Of a stretch of 64,000 bases of DNA, positions 19,307 to 28,292 are shown in pieces (position 1 is the first letter of the stretch; the number at the start of each line of letters is the position of its first letter). The notes under the pieces were generated by a model. That model had not been told where the DNA came from. It made no database searches and worked only from the letters and a program-made list of their open reading frames with translations. The translations under genes and the position numbers were made by a program. The stretch spans positions 699-64,698 of the forward strand of contig VMFZ01000005.1 of NCBI GenBank assembly GCA_007376285.1. The letters are read 5' to 3'. The DNA comes from Parcubacteria group bacterium Gr01-1014_17 (GTDB lineage Bacteria > Patescibacteriota > Minisyncoccia > Phycocordibacterales > UBA10002).

Positions 19307-20560
19307 ATGAAAAATAGGATATGCAGAGTATGCAAAAGCACTGCTGTCAAGCCGTTTCTTGACTTGGGAAATCAGCCACACGGCGACAGTTTTATCGCAA
19401 CGAAGGATTTGAATGAGCACGAGCCACACTATCCTCTCCGCGCATGTTTTTGTTTGGATTGCACTACTGCGCAGATTGATTATACAGTTCCGAAAGAAGT
19501 AATGTTTGAGTATTATCCGTATGTATCAGGTACTACACGAATGCTCAAGGAGCATTTTGAAAAAAGCACTGAGCGGCTTATTAAGAAACTAAAATTAAAA
19601 AAAGGGGACTTCGTCGTAGATATAGGCTCAAACGACGGCACATGGCTTGAGTGTTATAAAAATACCGGCATCCGCTTTTTGGGGATTGACGGTGCGAAAA
19701 ATCTTGCAAAGATTGCAAACGCTAAAGGATTGGAAACATGGCCTAAGTTTTTTAACAAAAAAATCGCGCAAGAAGTAATTGCAAAAAAAGGAGGCGCAAA
19801 TCTCGTAACCGCAGCTGGCGTTTTCTTTCATCTGGAAGAACTACATTCCGTAACGGAAGGAATTGCAGAGCTTATCGGAGGCACGGGAGTACTCTGCGTT
19901 CAGGCGATTTATTTGGGAGAAATGGTGAATATCGGCGCGTTTGACCAGATTTACCATGAGCATCTAACTTATTGGACATTGCGTTCAATTGAACATTTGC
20001 TTGGGTATTATGGACTGGAGGTATTTTCGGTGGAGTTTTTCCCGATCCACGGCGGCACGATTGAATATCTGATTGCGAAGAATGGCGTGCGCAAAATTGA
20101 ACCGTCTGTTGCGGCAATGAGGAGCAAGGAAAAGAAACTCCGACTCGGAGATATTAAGACCTTTGAAAAGTTCGGTGCGCGCGTATGGGAGATGAAAAAA
20201 GAACTTATACCGATTCTTCGGAAATATAAAAAAAAAGAAAAGCGGATATTCGCACTTGGCGCGCCGATTAAGGGTTCTACGCTCCTAAATTCGTTCGGCA
20301 TCGGCACTGAACTGGTGGAATGCGCTGTGGAAGTAAACCCGCTTAAAATAGGGAAGTATATTCCTGGCGTTCGCATTCCTATTAAAGATGAGCGGACAGC
20401 CGGCGAACCGGACGCGTACCTAGTTTTACCGTGGAATTTCCTACCAGAACTTCTACGAAAAATGGAGTCGTATATAAAGGGCGGCGGCGCATTTATCGTA
20501 CCCGTGCCGAAACCAATGGTGATTGATAAAAATAATTATCACAAATTTACAAAGAAATGA
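19307..20560 (+). CDS. NDP-sugar C-methyltransferase (Zn-binding, TylC3/TcaB9-like)
   Basis: CRVC...CLDC, LDLGNQP, DIGSNDG, DQIYHEH, IHGG, GAPIKG, LPWNF. Confidence 0.88.
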   Translation: MKNRICRVCKSTAVKPFLDLGNQPHGDSFIATKDLNEHEPHYPLRACFCLDCTTAQIDYTVPKEVMFEYYPYVSGTTRMLKEHFEKSTERLIKKLKLKKGDFVVDIGSNDGTWLECYKNTGIRFLGIDGAKNLAKIANAKGLETWPKFFNKKIAQEVIAKKGGANLVTAAGVFFHLEELHSVTEGIAELIGGTGVLCVQAIYLGEMVNIGAFDQIYHEHLTYWTLRSIEHLLGYYGLEVFSVEFFPIHGGTIEYLIAKNGVRKIEPSVAAMRSKEKKLRLGDIKTFEKFGARVWEMKKELIPILRKYKKKEKRIFALGAPIKGSTLLNSFGIGTELVECAVEVNPLKIGKYIPGVRIPIKDERTAGEPDAYLVLPWNFLPELLRKMESYIKGGGAFIVPVPKPMVIDKNNYHKFTKK

Positions 20561-21459
20561 ATATATTCGTAACAGGCGGAACTGGATTTTTGGGTAGACA
20601 TTTGGTGCCCCACTTACAAGAAAAGGGGCACAGAGTGGTTGTCATTAATTCCAAGAATTGCGATTTGCGTGAGAAGCAGAACCTACTGCAGTTTAATGAT
20701 CAAACATTTGACAGAATTTACCATCTTGCGGCGTGGACTAAGGCGGGGGATTTCTGCCTGTACCACCAAGGAGAACAGTGGGTCATCAACCAGCAAATCA
20801 ATACGAACATTCTTTGGTTTTGGAAAGAGTTTCAGGAAAAGGCGCTTATGGTAACGATGGGCACAAGTTGCGCCTACCCGCTTGGAGATGCCGCGCTCAA
20901 GGAAGAAAATTATATGGCGGACGAGCCGGACCCGCATCTTGCCACCTACGCTTATACCAAGCGTATGCTCTACGCCGGGCTGCTGGCTTTTCAGATGCAG
21001 TTCGGAATGAAATTTCAGCACCTCATTCCGTCTACGCTTTACGGACCGAAGTTTGAAGCCGGTGATAACCACTTTATCTTTGACTTGATAAAGAAAATCC
21101 ACGCCGGAAAAACGCGCGAAGAAGAAGTGGTACTCTGGGGCACGGGCGAGCAGGTGCGCGAGCTGATGTTCGTTGACGACGCTGTACGACTCATTGAGTT
21201 TGCGGCAGAGCTTCCACAAAGCGAGTTGTTGAACCTCGGAAGCGGCGCGGGCTACAACATTCGACAGTATGCCGAGATGCTCTGCGAGATTATGGGTTAC
21301 GACCCGAAAAAGATTCGGTACGACACCACGAAGTACAGTGGAAACCCAAAACGGTTTTTTGATACAACCAAGATTAAGAAACTCTTTCCCGACTTTGAAT
21401 ATACCGATATACGCGAAGGGTTGCGCAAAACAGTTGCGTATTACGAATCCATAGTGTAG
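20557..21459 (+). CDS. GDP-fucose synthase-like NDP-4-keto-sugar reductase
   Basis: VTGGTGFLG, GTSCAYP, YAYTKR, LYGP, LWGTG..RE. Confidence 0.82.
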   Translation: MNIFVTGGTGFLGRHLVPHLQEKGHRVVVINSKNCDLREKQNLLQFNDQTFDRIYHLAAWTKAGDFCLYHQGEQWVINQQINTNILWFWKEFQEKALMVTMGTSCAYPLGDAALKEENYMADEPDPHLATYAYTKRMLYAGLLAFQMQFGMKFQHLIPSTLYGPKFEAGDNHFIFDLIKKIHAGKTREEEVVLWGTGEQVRELMFVDDAVRLIEFAAELPQSELLNLGSGAGYNIRQYAEMLCEIMGYDPKKIRYDTTKYSGNPKRFFDTTKIKKLFPDFEYTDIREGLRKTVAYYESIV

Positions 21460-21468
21460 GTTTCTATT

Positions 21469-21939
21469 ATGAAGCAGAAGAAATCAACAATGAAAATGCG
21501 GGTTTTCAACCCCGTATGCAATCTCAATACAATTAAAGACGGCCGGGGCGGGGTATTTTCGTTTGTCCCGCCTGCGCCGATTGCCGAATGGACTCATCAG
21601 TTTATCAAGGCGGGAAAGATACGCGGCAACCATTACCACCCGGAGTTTGACGAATATGTACTTCTTGTTGATGGCGCTGGTGTGGAAGTGGAGAAAGACC
21701 ACAAAACAAAGCAGGAACATTTTGTATATATGAGCAAAGGCACTTGCATTTTCATTCCGCGCAACACGCGCCATGTGTTTATGGCGATGACGGATTGCGA
21801 GTCGGTGTCTTTTCTCACGAAACCGTGGGACAAGTGCAAGCGCCCGATTGTACATGAAAACTTAGGACTCGGCATAGGCGACCACGGCGACCCAAAAAGC
21901 GAGTACTATAAAGCAAGGAATCAGAAAATTACATCATAA
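21469..21939 (+). CDS. Cupin NDP-sugar ketoisomerase-like (FdtA/WxcM-like)
   Basis: D.RG, IRGNHYH, E, IPRNTRH cupin motifs. Confidence 0.7.
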   Translation: MKQKKSTMKMRVFNPVCNLNTIKDGRGGVFSFVPPAPIAEWTHQFIKAGKIRGNHYHPEFDEYVLLVDGAGVEVEKDHKTKQEHFVYMSKGTCIFIPRNTRHVFMAMTDCESVSFLTKPWDKCKRPIVHENLGLGIGDHGDPKSEYYKARNQKITS

Positions 21940-22901
21940 TGCCTGTTCGTTTTGGAATCATCGGGTGTTCGCGGGTGGCGCAGCGGCGATTTTTGCCCGC
22001 CCTCGCCGCTTCGGAACGCGCGGCGCTTTCTTTTGTCGGCAGTCGAGATGCGGAGAAGGCAAAAAAATATGCAAATGAATTTCACGCTGCGCATTTTGGA
22101 AATTACGAAGATGTTCTCGCGAGCAAGAATGTTGATGCTGTGTACATTTCAACTCCGCCAACTTTGCATTACGAGTGGATTGTGAAATCCGCGCGCGCTG
22201 GTAAGCATATTATCTGCGAGAAGCCCGCGTGTATGGACTATGAATCGGCGCACCGAGCAGTTCAAATATGCAGAGAAGCGGGCGTGCGCCTTATGGAAAA
22301 TTACGCCTTTTTATACCACCCACAACACGCCGCCGCGCGCGATATTATGTCAGAAATCGGAAGCATAAAACGAATAAGCGCGCGCTATCTTTATCCGTTT
22401 CCGCATGGAGGAGATATCCGATTTAATCCTGCATTGGGCGGCGGCGTGTTCCACGATTCGTTTGGATATCCGCTAGCGCTCGCACGATTTTACTTCGGAC
22501 AATTTCCGGAATCAATATCATGCGTGCAAACAATGGACGCGCATCGCGGTATTGATACTGCAGCGGAAATTGTTTTACATTTCTCACGAAATCGCGCGCT
22601 TGATGGAAAGGTGCAAATGGGAAGTGCCGAATACGCATCGTCGTATACTTTACAAGGAGATAGCGGAAGTGTGGAAATAGTGCGTGCATTTGCCGTTGAT
22701 GCCGATAAACCCGCGGAAATCTTGCGTACAATCAATGGCGAGATTGAAAAGATTCAGATACCACCAGCAAGCCAGTTTCAGCTCGCGCTTGACGATTTCT
22801 GCGATGTTGTAAGAGGGAAAACACAAAAGGATTTTGATGGGGAACTTATTGCACGCGCAAAAATTAAAGATGCCGCAGAGCAGTGTCTTATGAGAAAATA
22901 A
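21939..22901 (+). CDS. Gfo/Idh/MocA oxidoreductase (NDP-hexose ketoreductase-like)
   Basis: GIIGCS, DAVYISTP, CEKP, HPQH, LGGG. Confidence 0.88.
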   Translation: MPVRFGIIGCSRVAQRRFLPALAASERAALSFVGSRDAEKAKKYANEFHAAHFGNYEDVLASKNVDAVYISTPPTLHYEWIVKSARAGKHIICEKPACMDYESAHRAVQICREAGVRLMENYAFLYHPQHAAARDIMSEIGSIKRISARYLYPFPHGGDIRFNPALGGGVFHDSFGYPLALARFYFGQFPESISCVQTMDAHRGIDTAAEIVLHFSRNRALDGKVQMGSAEYASSYTLQGDSGSVEIVRAFAVDADKPAEILRTINGEIEKIQIPPASQFQLALDDFCDVVRGKTQKDFDGELIARAKIKDAAEQCLMRK

Positions 22902-23868
22902 TTTGCGAGCCGGGTGCATTTATTTTTACCGGCAGAATATCTTTTTTAGGAAAGGTCTTTGTAAGTTTCGCGCGCGCGTACGGCGGAGCGAAAAAAAGAA
23001 CATATCCTCCTCCGCCCGCGCCAAGTAGCTTACCACCCCATGCACCAGCCTCTAATCCTTTTTGATATAGACTATCTATGGTCGGATTGGACACTCCTCC
23101 GTCAAGCGTGCGTTTTATTTTCCACGCATCGTGGAGCTGTTCTCCAAATAGTTGGAGCGGCTTATTTTTTGTCAGAATGTCATATCCTCTGTACGCCATT
23201 TCTTTGAGGGTGCGTAGCGCATCGGTATTTTGGTCTATGCGTTTTATTTGGTGTGCGGTTACAGCAGATGCTCTTCGCATAATGCCAGTATAGACGAGAA
23301 AAAGATGACTCTCAAAATCAGCAAGCCGTTTGTGAGAGATGGATACGGGGCGCACTAGGAAATCTTTTTCTGTTTTGAATTCAATCAAATTGAAACCTCC
23401 ATACGCCGCGGTAACTTGATCCTGACAACCAACTTTATCCTTTACTTTGTGTTTTTCAATAAAGATTGCCTCGCGTGCCAGTTTTTCCGCCGTTACTATT
23501 TTTTTATTAAAACAGTGTAGAGCATGAAGTACCGATACAGTTAGCGAGGAAGATGAGCCGAGCCCACTGAATGCGTGAGTATCAAAAATACTATGTAGCG
23601 CGACATCTTTTGCAACCCCCGTGTGTTTAAGGCACTCTCTAAACACATTATGTTGTATATGATGCACTGTTTTTGCCAATTCCACACTGCTGTATGAAAG
23701 GCGGATTGCATAATCAAACATATGGCTCAAAAATCGGTTTGCGGTAACATACGCATATTTATCAATCGCCGTTGCCAACACAGCGCCCCCTTCCTTAAGA
23801 AAGTATTCGGGATGGTCGGTACCTCCGCCGAAAAAACTTATGCGGAGTGGAGTGCGCGCAATAATCAT
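22888..23868 (-). CDS. hddA: GHMP kinase, D-glycero-D-manno-heptose-7-phosphate 1-kinase-like
   Basis: RTPLRISFFGGGTD, SGLGSSSS, GCQDQ, GGKLLGAGGGG. Confidence 0.88.
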   Translation of the reverse strand: MIIARTPLRISFFGGGTDHPEYFLKEGGAVLATAIDKYAYVTANRFLSHMFDYAIRLSYSSVELAKTVHHIQHNVFRECLKHTGVAKDVALHSIFDTHAFSGLGSSSSLTVSVLHALHCFNKKIVTAEKLAREAIFIEKHKVKDKVGCQDQVTAAYGGFNLIEFKTEKDFLVRPVSISHKRLADFESHLFLVYTGIMRRASAVTAHQIKRIDQNTDALRTLKEMAYRGYDILTKNKPLQLFGEQLHDAWKIKRTLDGGVSNPTIDSLYQKGLEAGAWGGKLLGAGGGGYVLFFAPPYARAKLTKTFPKKDILPVKINAPGSQIIFS

Positions 23869-23875
23869 GATTCGA

Positions 23876-24595
23876 TTACATTACCACAGGGTACATCTTA
23901 CGCGCTATTCTGTAACGTTCGGGTACCCCGATGTCAATAAGAATCTCGTCTGTTCTGAAACCATAACAATGTCGACGGAAAAGGGTGGGGAAGAATTCAT
24001 CTTCAAGTGAAAACGCGCTTTTATCCGGAAATAGTTTCGCGATTTTGCGGTTGACGATGTAGATTCCGGCATTCAAATGAAATGTTCCGTTGGCATCTGC
24101 GTCGGTTTTTTTTCTCCAGCCAGTAACACGCTGCGTCTCATCCATCTCCACTATGTTTCCACTGTCCCCTCTGTACGATTTGGTAAGCGCCATCGATAAG
24201 ATTCCTTCTTTTTCATTGTGGAAAGCACATAGTGCGTTAAAGTCAGGACTGAAGACCATATCTCCATTCATAATGAAAAATCGCTCTGCGCCGTTCGTAA
24301 AATGGAGCGCCCGTTTAACAGCGCCGCCAGTGCCAAGCGGTTCATCTTCTTCGGAAAATACGACGCGGTAGCCGCGCTCTTCACAATGTGCTTTCACCTG
24401 TTCTTTGAGATATCCGACGCTTAAAATGATTTTCTCAAAACCCGCTTTCGTAAGCATTGTCATAATCATATCCAAAAGCGTTTTATCGCCCATCGAGGCG
24501 AGTATTTTTGGCAGGTCAACAAAAACACTGCGCAAACGCGTACCAAGACCGCCGCACAAAACAATGATAGGTATATTTCGCAGTTCGTTAGACAT
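23876..24595 (-). CDS. hddC: Heptose-1-phosphate guanylyltransferase-like nucleotidyltransferase
   Basis: LCGGLGTRL, PK, EDEPLGTGGA, NGD, NAGIY, FSLE, IDIGVPE; adjacent to hddA. Confidence 0.8.
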   Translation of the reverse strand: MSNELRNIPIIVLCGGLGTRLRSVFVDLPKILASMGDKTLLDMIMTMLTKAGFEKIILSVGYLKEQVKAHCEERGYRVVFSEEDEPLGTGGAVKRALHFTNGAERFFIMNGDMVFSPDFNALCAFHNEKEGILSMALTKSYRGDSGNIVEMDETQRVTGWRKKTDADANGTFHLNAGIYIVNRKIAKLFPDKSAFSLEDEFFPTLFRRHCYGFRTDEILIDIGVPERYRIARKMYPVVM

Positions 24596-25526
24596 TTGAA
24601 TACTGGTTGTTTTTGAGAATCGTAAAACCTTTGATGAGTTCCTCTATACCACGGTCCAGATTCCATTCTGTGTTGAATCCGGCGGCGGCAATGCGCGCAT
24701 TGGAGACGATATAATCGCGCTTATCTGGGTCTTCGCCAATTGGAGCTTCAATATAGGTAAACTTTGGCAGATGTTTTTTAATAATCGCACACAACTCAAG
24801 TTTTGAGAGGTTGGCGTCATCAAGCCCCACATTGTAGGGCCTGCCTCTCATTTTTTGAAAGTTTTCTATGCCGTGGATAAATACTCGCACGACATCCTGG
24901 ATATGTATGTAGTTTCGCTTGAAGTGCCATTCAAAAATAAGCATTGCGCGATCATTCACGGCGCGGTACACGAAATCGTTGACCAGCAAATCCAATCGCA
25001 TTCTTGGCGACATTCCAAATACGGTCGCAAGGCGGAAGCTTAACCCATTTTCGCGCGCCAACGCCACTTTCTCGGCCTTTACTTTGGTGACACCGTAGAA
25101 AGAGATTGGGCGGAGTGGCGACTTTTCAGTACAGAACTTATTTTTTTCGCCAATGCCATATCCGCTGTTGGTAATGGGGATGAGCATGCGCTGGCTCTTG
25201 CTCATAAGTTTTCCGAGCAGGGCGACTGCCCCAAAGTTGGTTGTTTCCGCCGCGATTTTGTTTTGCTCGCAAAGCGGCGCTCCCACGAGCGCCGCGAGCG
25301 GAATAATAATGTCGGCTTTTTCTACGAGTGGCTTGATTGTATTTTTGTCGCGGCAGTCACCACGCACAATGTTGAATGTTTTATACTGGCAACAATCGGT
25401 CAAACTGTTCTGGCGGTACATAAAGTTGTCCAACACGGTAACCACATAACCACTTTCAAGAAGCGCCGGGGTCAATACCGAGCCGATGTACCCCGCGCCG
25501 CCGGTGATGAGTATTTTTTGGATCAT
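24588..25526 (-). CDS. GDP-heptose C4 dehydrogenase-like SDR (Campylobacter Cj1427/WcaG-like)
   Basis: ITGGAGYIGSVLTP, ADIIIPLAALVGAPLC, NSGYGIGEK, SPRMRLDLLVNDF, IGEDPDKRDY match my recollection of Cj1427. Confidence 0.8.
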   Translation of the reverse strand: MIQKILITGGAGYIGSVLTPALLESGYVVTVLDNFMYRQNSLTDCCQYKTFNIVRGDCRDKNTIKPLVEKADIIIPLAALVGAPLCEQNKIAAETTNFGAVALLGKLMSKSQRMLIPITNSGYGIGEKNKFCTEKSPLRPISFYGVTKVKAEKVALARENGLSFRLATVFGMSPRMRLDLLVNDFVYRAVNDRAMLIFEWHFKRNYIHIQDVVRVFIHGIENFQKMRGRPYNVGLDDANLSKLELCAIIKKHLPKFTYIEAPIGEDPDKRDYIVSNARIAAAGFNTEWNLDRGIEELIKGFTILKNNQYSNV

Positions 25527-25632
25527 ACGTCTCTAGAAAGGCACACTATATCTCTTGTCTGCGATTTTTGCAATTTCCCAGCATATTTTTTGTGTTTCCA
25601 ATGTGGGGGTGATAGGATGAAAAAACACTCCT

Positions 25633-26559
25633 ATGAACATGGACAAAAGAAGCATCGCGCGCGAGGTTATTCGATTGCGCGTACAGCAAATGGTAGTCAA
25701 TGAATGGTATAAAGCAGGAAGATTTAAAATCCCCATTCACCTTGGCTTCGGTCATGAGGCGCTCGCGGTTGCGGTAAGTGCCGTGATGGGGCGCGGCGAC
25801 TGGTTGTTTTTGACACACAGAAATATCGCCTATAATCTTGGTCGGGAAAAATCTCTCAAACCATTTCTTGATGAATATTCGCTTAAACCGACCGGTGTTG
25901 CTGGCGGGCGATTCGGCTCCATGAATTTGATACATCCTTCGCGCGGCATTCTGTATACATCAAGCATTTTAGCAAATCAGTTTCCAGTGGCGGTTGGGTC
26001 CGCGTTTGGCTTCACGGTTTCCGATGCAAACGGTATTGCTATTGTGTGCGGTGGCGATGGAGCAATTGAAGAAGGCGCATTTTACGAAAGCGTACTTATG
26101 GCAGCAAGCATCAAAGCTCCCATACTTTTTTTAATTGAAAATAACGAGTGGTCAATGCATACCTCCATTCGCGAACGCCGTGTGGATATTGACCTTAAAA
26201 AACTAGCGAGTTCGCTAGGAGTGCTGTATGTGTCCTTGAAAGGTAATAATGTGTTCGCCTATATTCAGGCGCTTGCCCGCGCTCGAAAACAAATTCTTAC
26301 ATCGCGCGCGCCGCTCTGTATTGAGGTAAAGGTAAATACACTGGGCGATTGGTATGATATGAAAAATCCGCTCTATCCTCAAGGTAAATTTGTCAAATAT
26401 CATACAGGAGCTTCGCCAAGCGTTATGCTCTCAGAAGAAGTGGTGCTCCAAAAAAATGCTGACGATCCGCTTTTTGTTTTAGGAAAACTTATTTCAGAGG
26501 CATCAGTAAAAAAAATGGCCGTTCAAGAATTGGCACACATAAGAAAAGAAATGATATGA
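25633..26559 (+). CDS. ThDP-dependent enzyme, E1-alpha-like subunit
   Basis: HLGFGHEA, THR, GSM, GDGAIEEG...IENN ThDP-binding motif. Confidence 0.85.
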   Translation: MNMDKRSIAREVIRLRVQQMVVNEWYKAGRFKIPIHLGFGHEALAVAVSAVMGRGDWLFLTHRNIAYNLGREKSLKPFLDEYSLKPTGVAGGRFGSMNLIHPSRGILYTSSILANQFPVAVGSAFGFTVSDANGIAIVCGGDGAIEEGAFYESVLMAASIKAPILFLIENNEWSMHTSIRERRVDIDLKKLASSLGVLYVSLKGNNVFAYIQALARARKQILTSRAPLCIEVKVNTLGDWYDMKNPLYPQGKFVKYHTGASPSVMLSEEVVLQKNADDPLFVLGKLISEASVKKMAVQELAHIRKEMI

Positions 26560-27491
26560 CTTACCTTTCATTTTTAAATTGTATTTTAAGAAAAGAGATT
26601 GCCACTCATACGAATCTCGTCGTGTTCGGGCAAAATATTTCCGCCGGTTCATACCTTGGTGGGCTCACCGCCGGTCTTTCTGTACCGCCAGAATCACGCA
26701 TTATCAATACCATTAATGCAGAGAATTCTCTCGTTGGTTTCGGTTTCGGGTTGGCGCTTTCAGGCACCAATGCAATATTTTTTATGCGGCAGATTGATTT
26801 TTTACTTCTCACAACTGACCAACTAGTAAATACCTACAATATCATCCGCAATAATCCCGCAGGACTTCCTGGCTCTTTCACCATTATGACTACTGTTATT
26901 GACCAAGGGTATGAAGGTCCGCAGTCAAGCTCCAACAATTTGGGGGACTTTTGTTCGCTTGCCCGCATTGACGCGTTTACCGTCACGAACAAAAGAGATA
27001 TTGAAGCGATTATTCCCGCACAACTGGTGTCGCCTGGTTTTCGAATTATCGCGGCGAGTCCGCGGTTGTACAAAACCGACCTGCTTGAACCGCCACTTGC
27101 CTATCGTTCTCCAACCGGCAACCTTTTTCAGTATCAGGAAGGGAATGATACGACGATTATCTGTTTTAATTTATCTTTTCCATATGGGTACGCACTTGCT
27201 CAAGCGATGCAGACAAAAGGGCTCCACCCGTCGCTTTTCAGCGTAAATATTCCCGTGCCGATTAAGTGGAATGTTATTTTAGAAAGTGTGAAAAAAACAA
27301 AAAAGCTCGTTATATTTGACGACAGTAAAAGTATGAATTGTTCGTATTACGCGCTTTTGGCGGAGGCGCGACTCCGTTTCAATTTGCAAAAAGAAATTAT
27401 CATTACCCGGCATTTAGGGAGTGATTGGCTTACGCCGAATTCGGACCAACTTGAAATTGATTACCAAAAGGTTATTAAAGATATCGTATGA
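26556..27491 (+). CDS. ThDP-dependent enzyme, E1-beta-like subunit
   Basis: VFGQNI, AENSLVGFGFGLALSG, DQLVN, GPQSS; translationally coupled to the alpha subunit. Confidence 0.8.
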   Translation: MTYLSFLNCILRKEIATHTNLVVFGQNISAGSYLGGLTAGLSVPPESRIINTINAENSLVGFGFGLALSGTNAIFFMRQIDFLLLTTDQLVNTYNIIRNNPAGLPGSFTIMTTVIDQGYEGPQSSSNNLGDFCSLARIDAFTVTNKRDIEAIIPAQLVSPGFRIIAASPRLYKTDLLEPPLAYRSPTGNLFQYQEGNDTTIICFNLSFPYGYALAQAMQTKGLHPSLFSVNIPVPIKWNVILESVKKTKKLVIFDDSKSMNCSYYALLAEARLRFNLQKEIIITRHLGSDWLTPNSDQLEIDYQKVIKDIV

Positions 27492-28252
27492 ATTTTGAAT
27501 ATAACGAGATAAAAGGAAAACGCGTGCTGGTTACAGGCGCGAGTTCAGGAATTGGAGCCGCGATTGCAAGACAATTCGGTGCACGCGGCGCGCGCGTTGG
27601 AATCCATTACGGTAAAAACCACATCGCGGCTCTTGCTGTGCTTCGTATGATTCGAAAATCCGGTGGCGAGGGTAAACTTTTTGGCGGAGATCTTCGTATA
27701 GAAAAAGTCGCACAAAATCTCATGAGAGATTTTGTGCGCGCATTTGGCGGCATTGATGTTTTGGTGAATAACGCAGGTGCGCTCTATACTTACCGTCATT
27801 TTAGCCAATTAGATGGAAAAATGTTTGATGATATGTTTGTGTTACATTCAAAAGCGCCGTTTTTGCTTATGCAAGCCGCTTTTGTTCCTATGCAAAAGCA
27901 ACGCTTTGGGCGAATCATCAACATAAGCACCAACGCCATTACATACGCCGGTTCGCACACGCTGAACTATTGTGCCTCAAAAGCCGCGCTTGAGGCGATA
28001 TCTGCCGGTTTTGCGCGCGAGGGGGCGAAGGATAACATATTGGTAAATGTAGTGCGCTGTGGATTGATTGATACGCCAATGCATCGTAAGACTCAGGAGT
28101 ACGGAGAAACACGCTTTCAAGAAAGAATAAAAATGATTCCGCTTGGCCATGCGGGCAGTCCCGATGACATTGCGCAAATGGTTCTCTTTTTGGCGTCAGC
28201 GTGCGGCGATTTTATTACCAACGAGATATTTACTATTGCCGGAGGAGAATGA
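27488..28252 (+). CDS. Classical SDR oxidoreductase
   Basis: VTGASSGIG, VNNAG, YCASK, IDTPM. Confidence 0.9.
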   Translation: MNFEYNEIKGKRVLVTGASSGIGAAIARQFGARGARVGIHYGKNHIAALAVLRMIRKSGGEGKLFGGDLRIEKVAQNLMRDFVRAFGGIDVLVNNAGALYTYRHFSQLDGKMFDDMFVLHSKAPFLLMQAAFVPMQKQRFGRIINISTNAITYAGSHTLNYCASKAALEAISAGFAREGAKDNILVNVVRCGLIDTPMHRKTQEYGETRFQERIKMIPLGHAGSPDDIAQMVLFLASACGDFITNEIFTIAGGE

Positions 28253-28255
28253 ACA

Positions 28256-28286
28256 ACCCCCACACTTGTCCGACAAGTGTGGGGGT
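28256..28286. repeat. 31-bp palindrome between convergent genes (REP-like or bidirectional terminator)
   Basis: ACCCCCACACTTGTC-C-GACAAGTGTGGGGGT. Confidence 0.85.
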
Positions 28287-28292
28287 ATTGTG

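Noticed and set aside
17281-20236. A9 tracts at 17281-17289 and 20228-20236 as phase-variation switches
   Set aside because: They are in-frame Lys codon runs in intact genes of an A-rich coding style, with no evidence of slippage.
25633-27491. Pyruvate or acetoin dehydrogenase complex
   Set aside because: No E2/E3 or lipoyl domain in the window, a divergent beta subunit, and an entirely sugar-nucleotide context.
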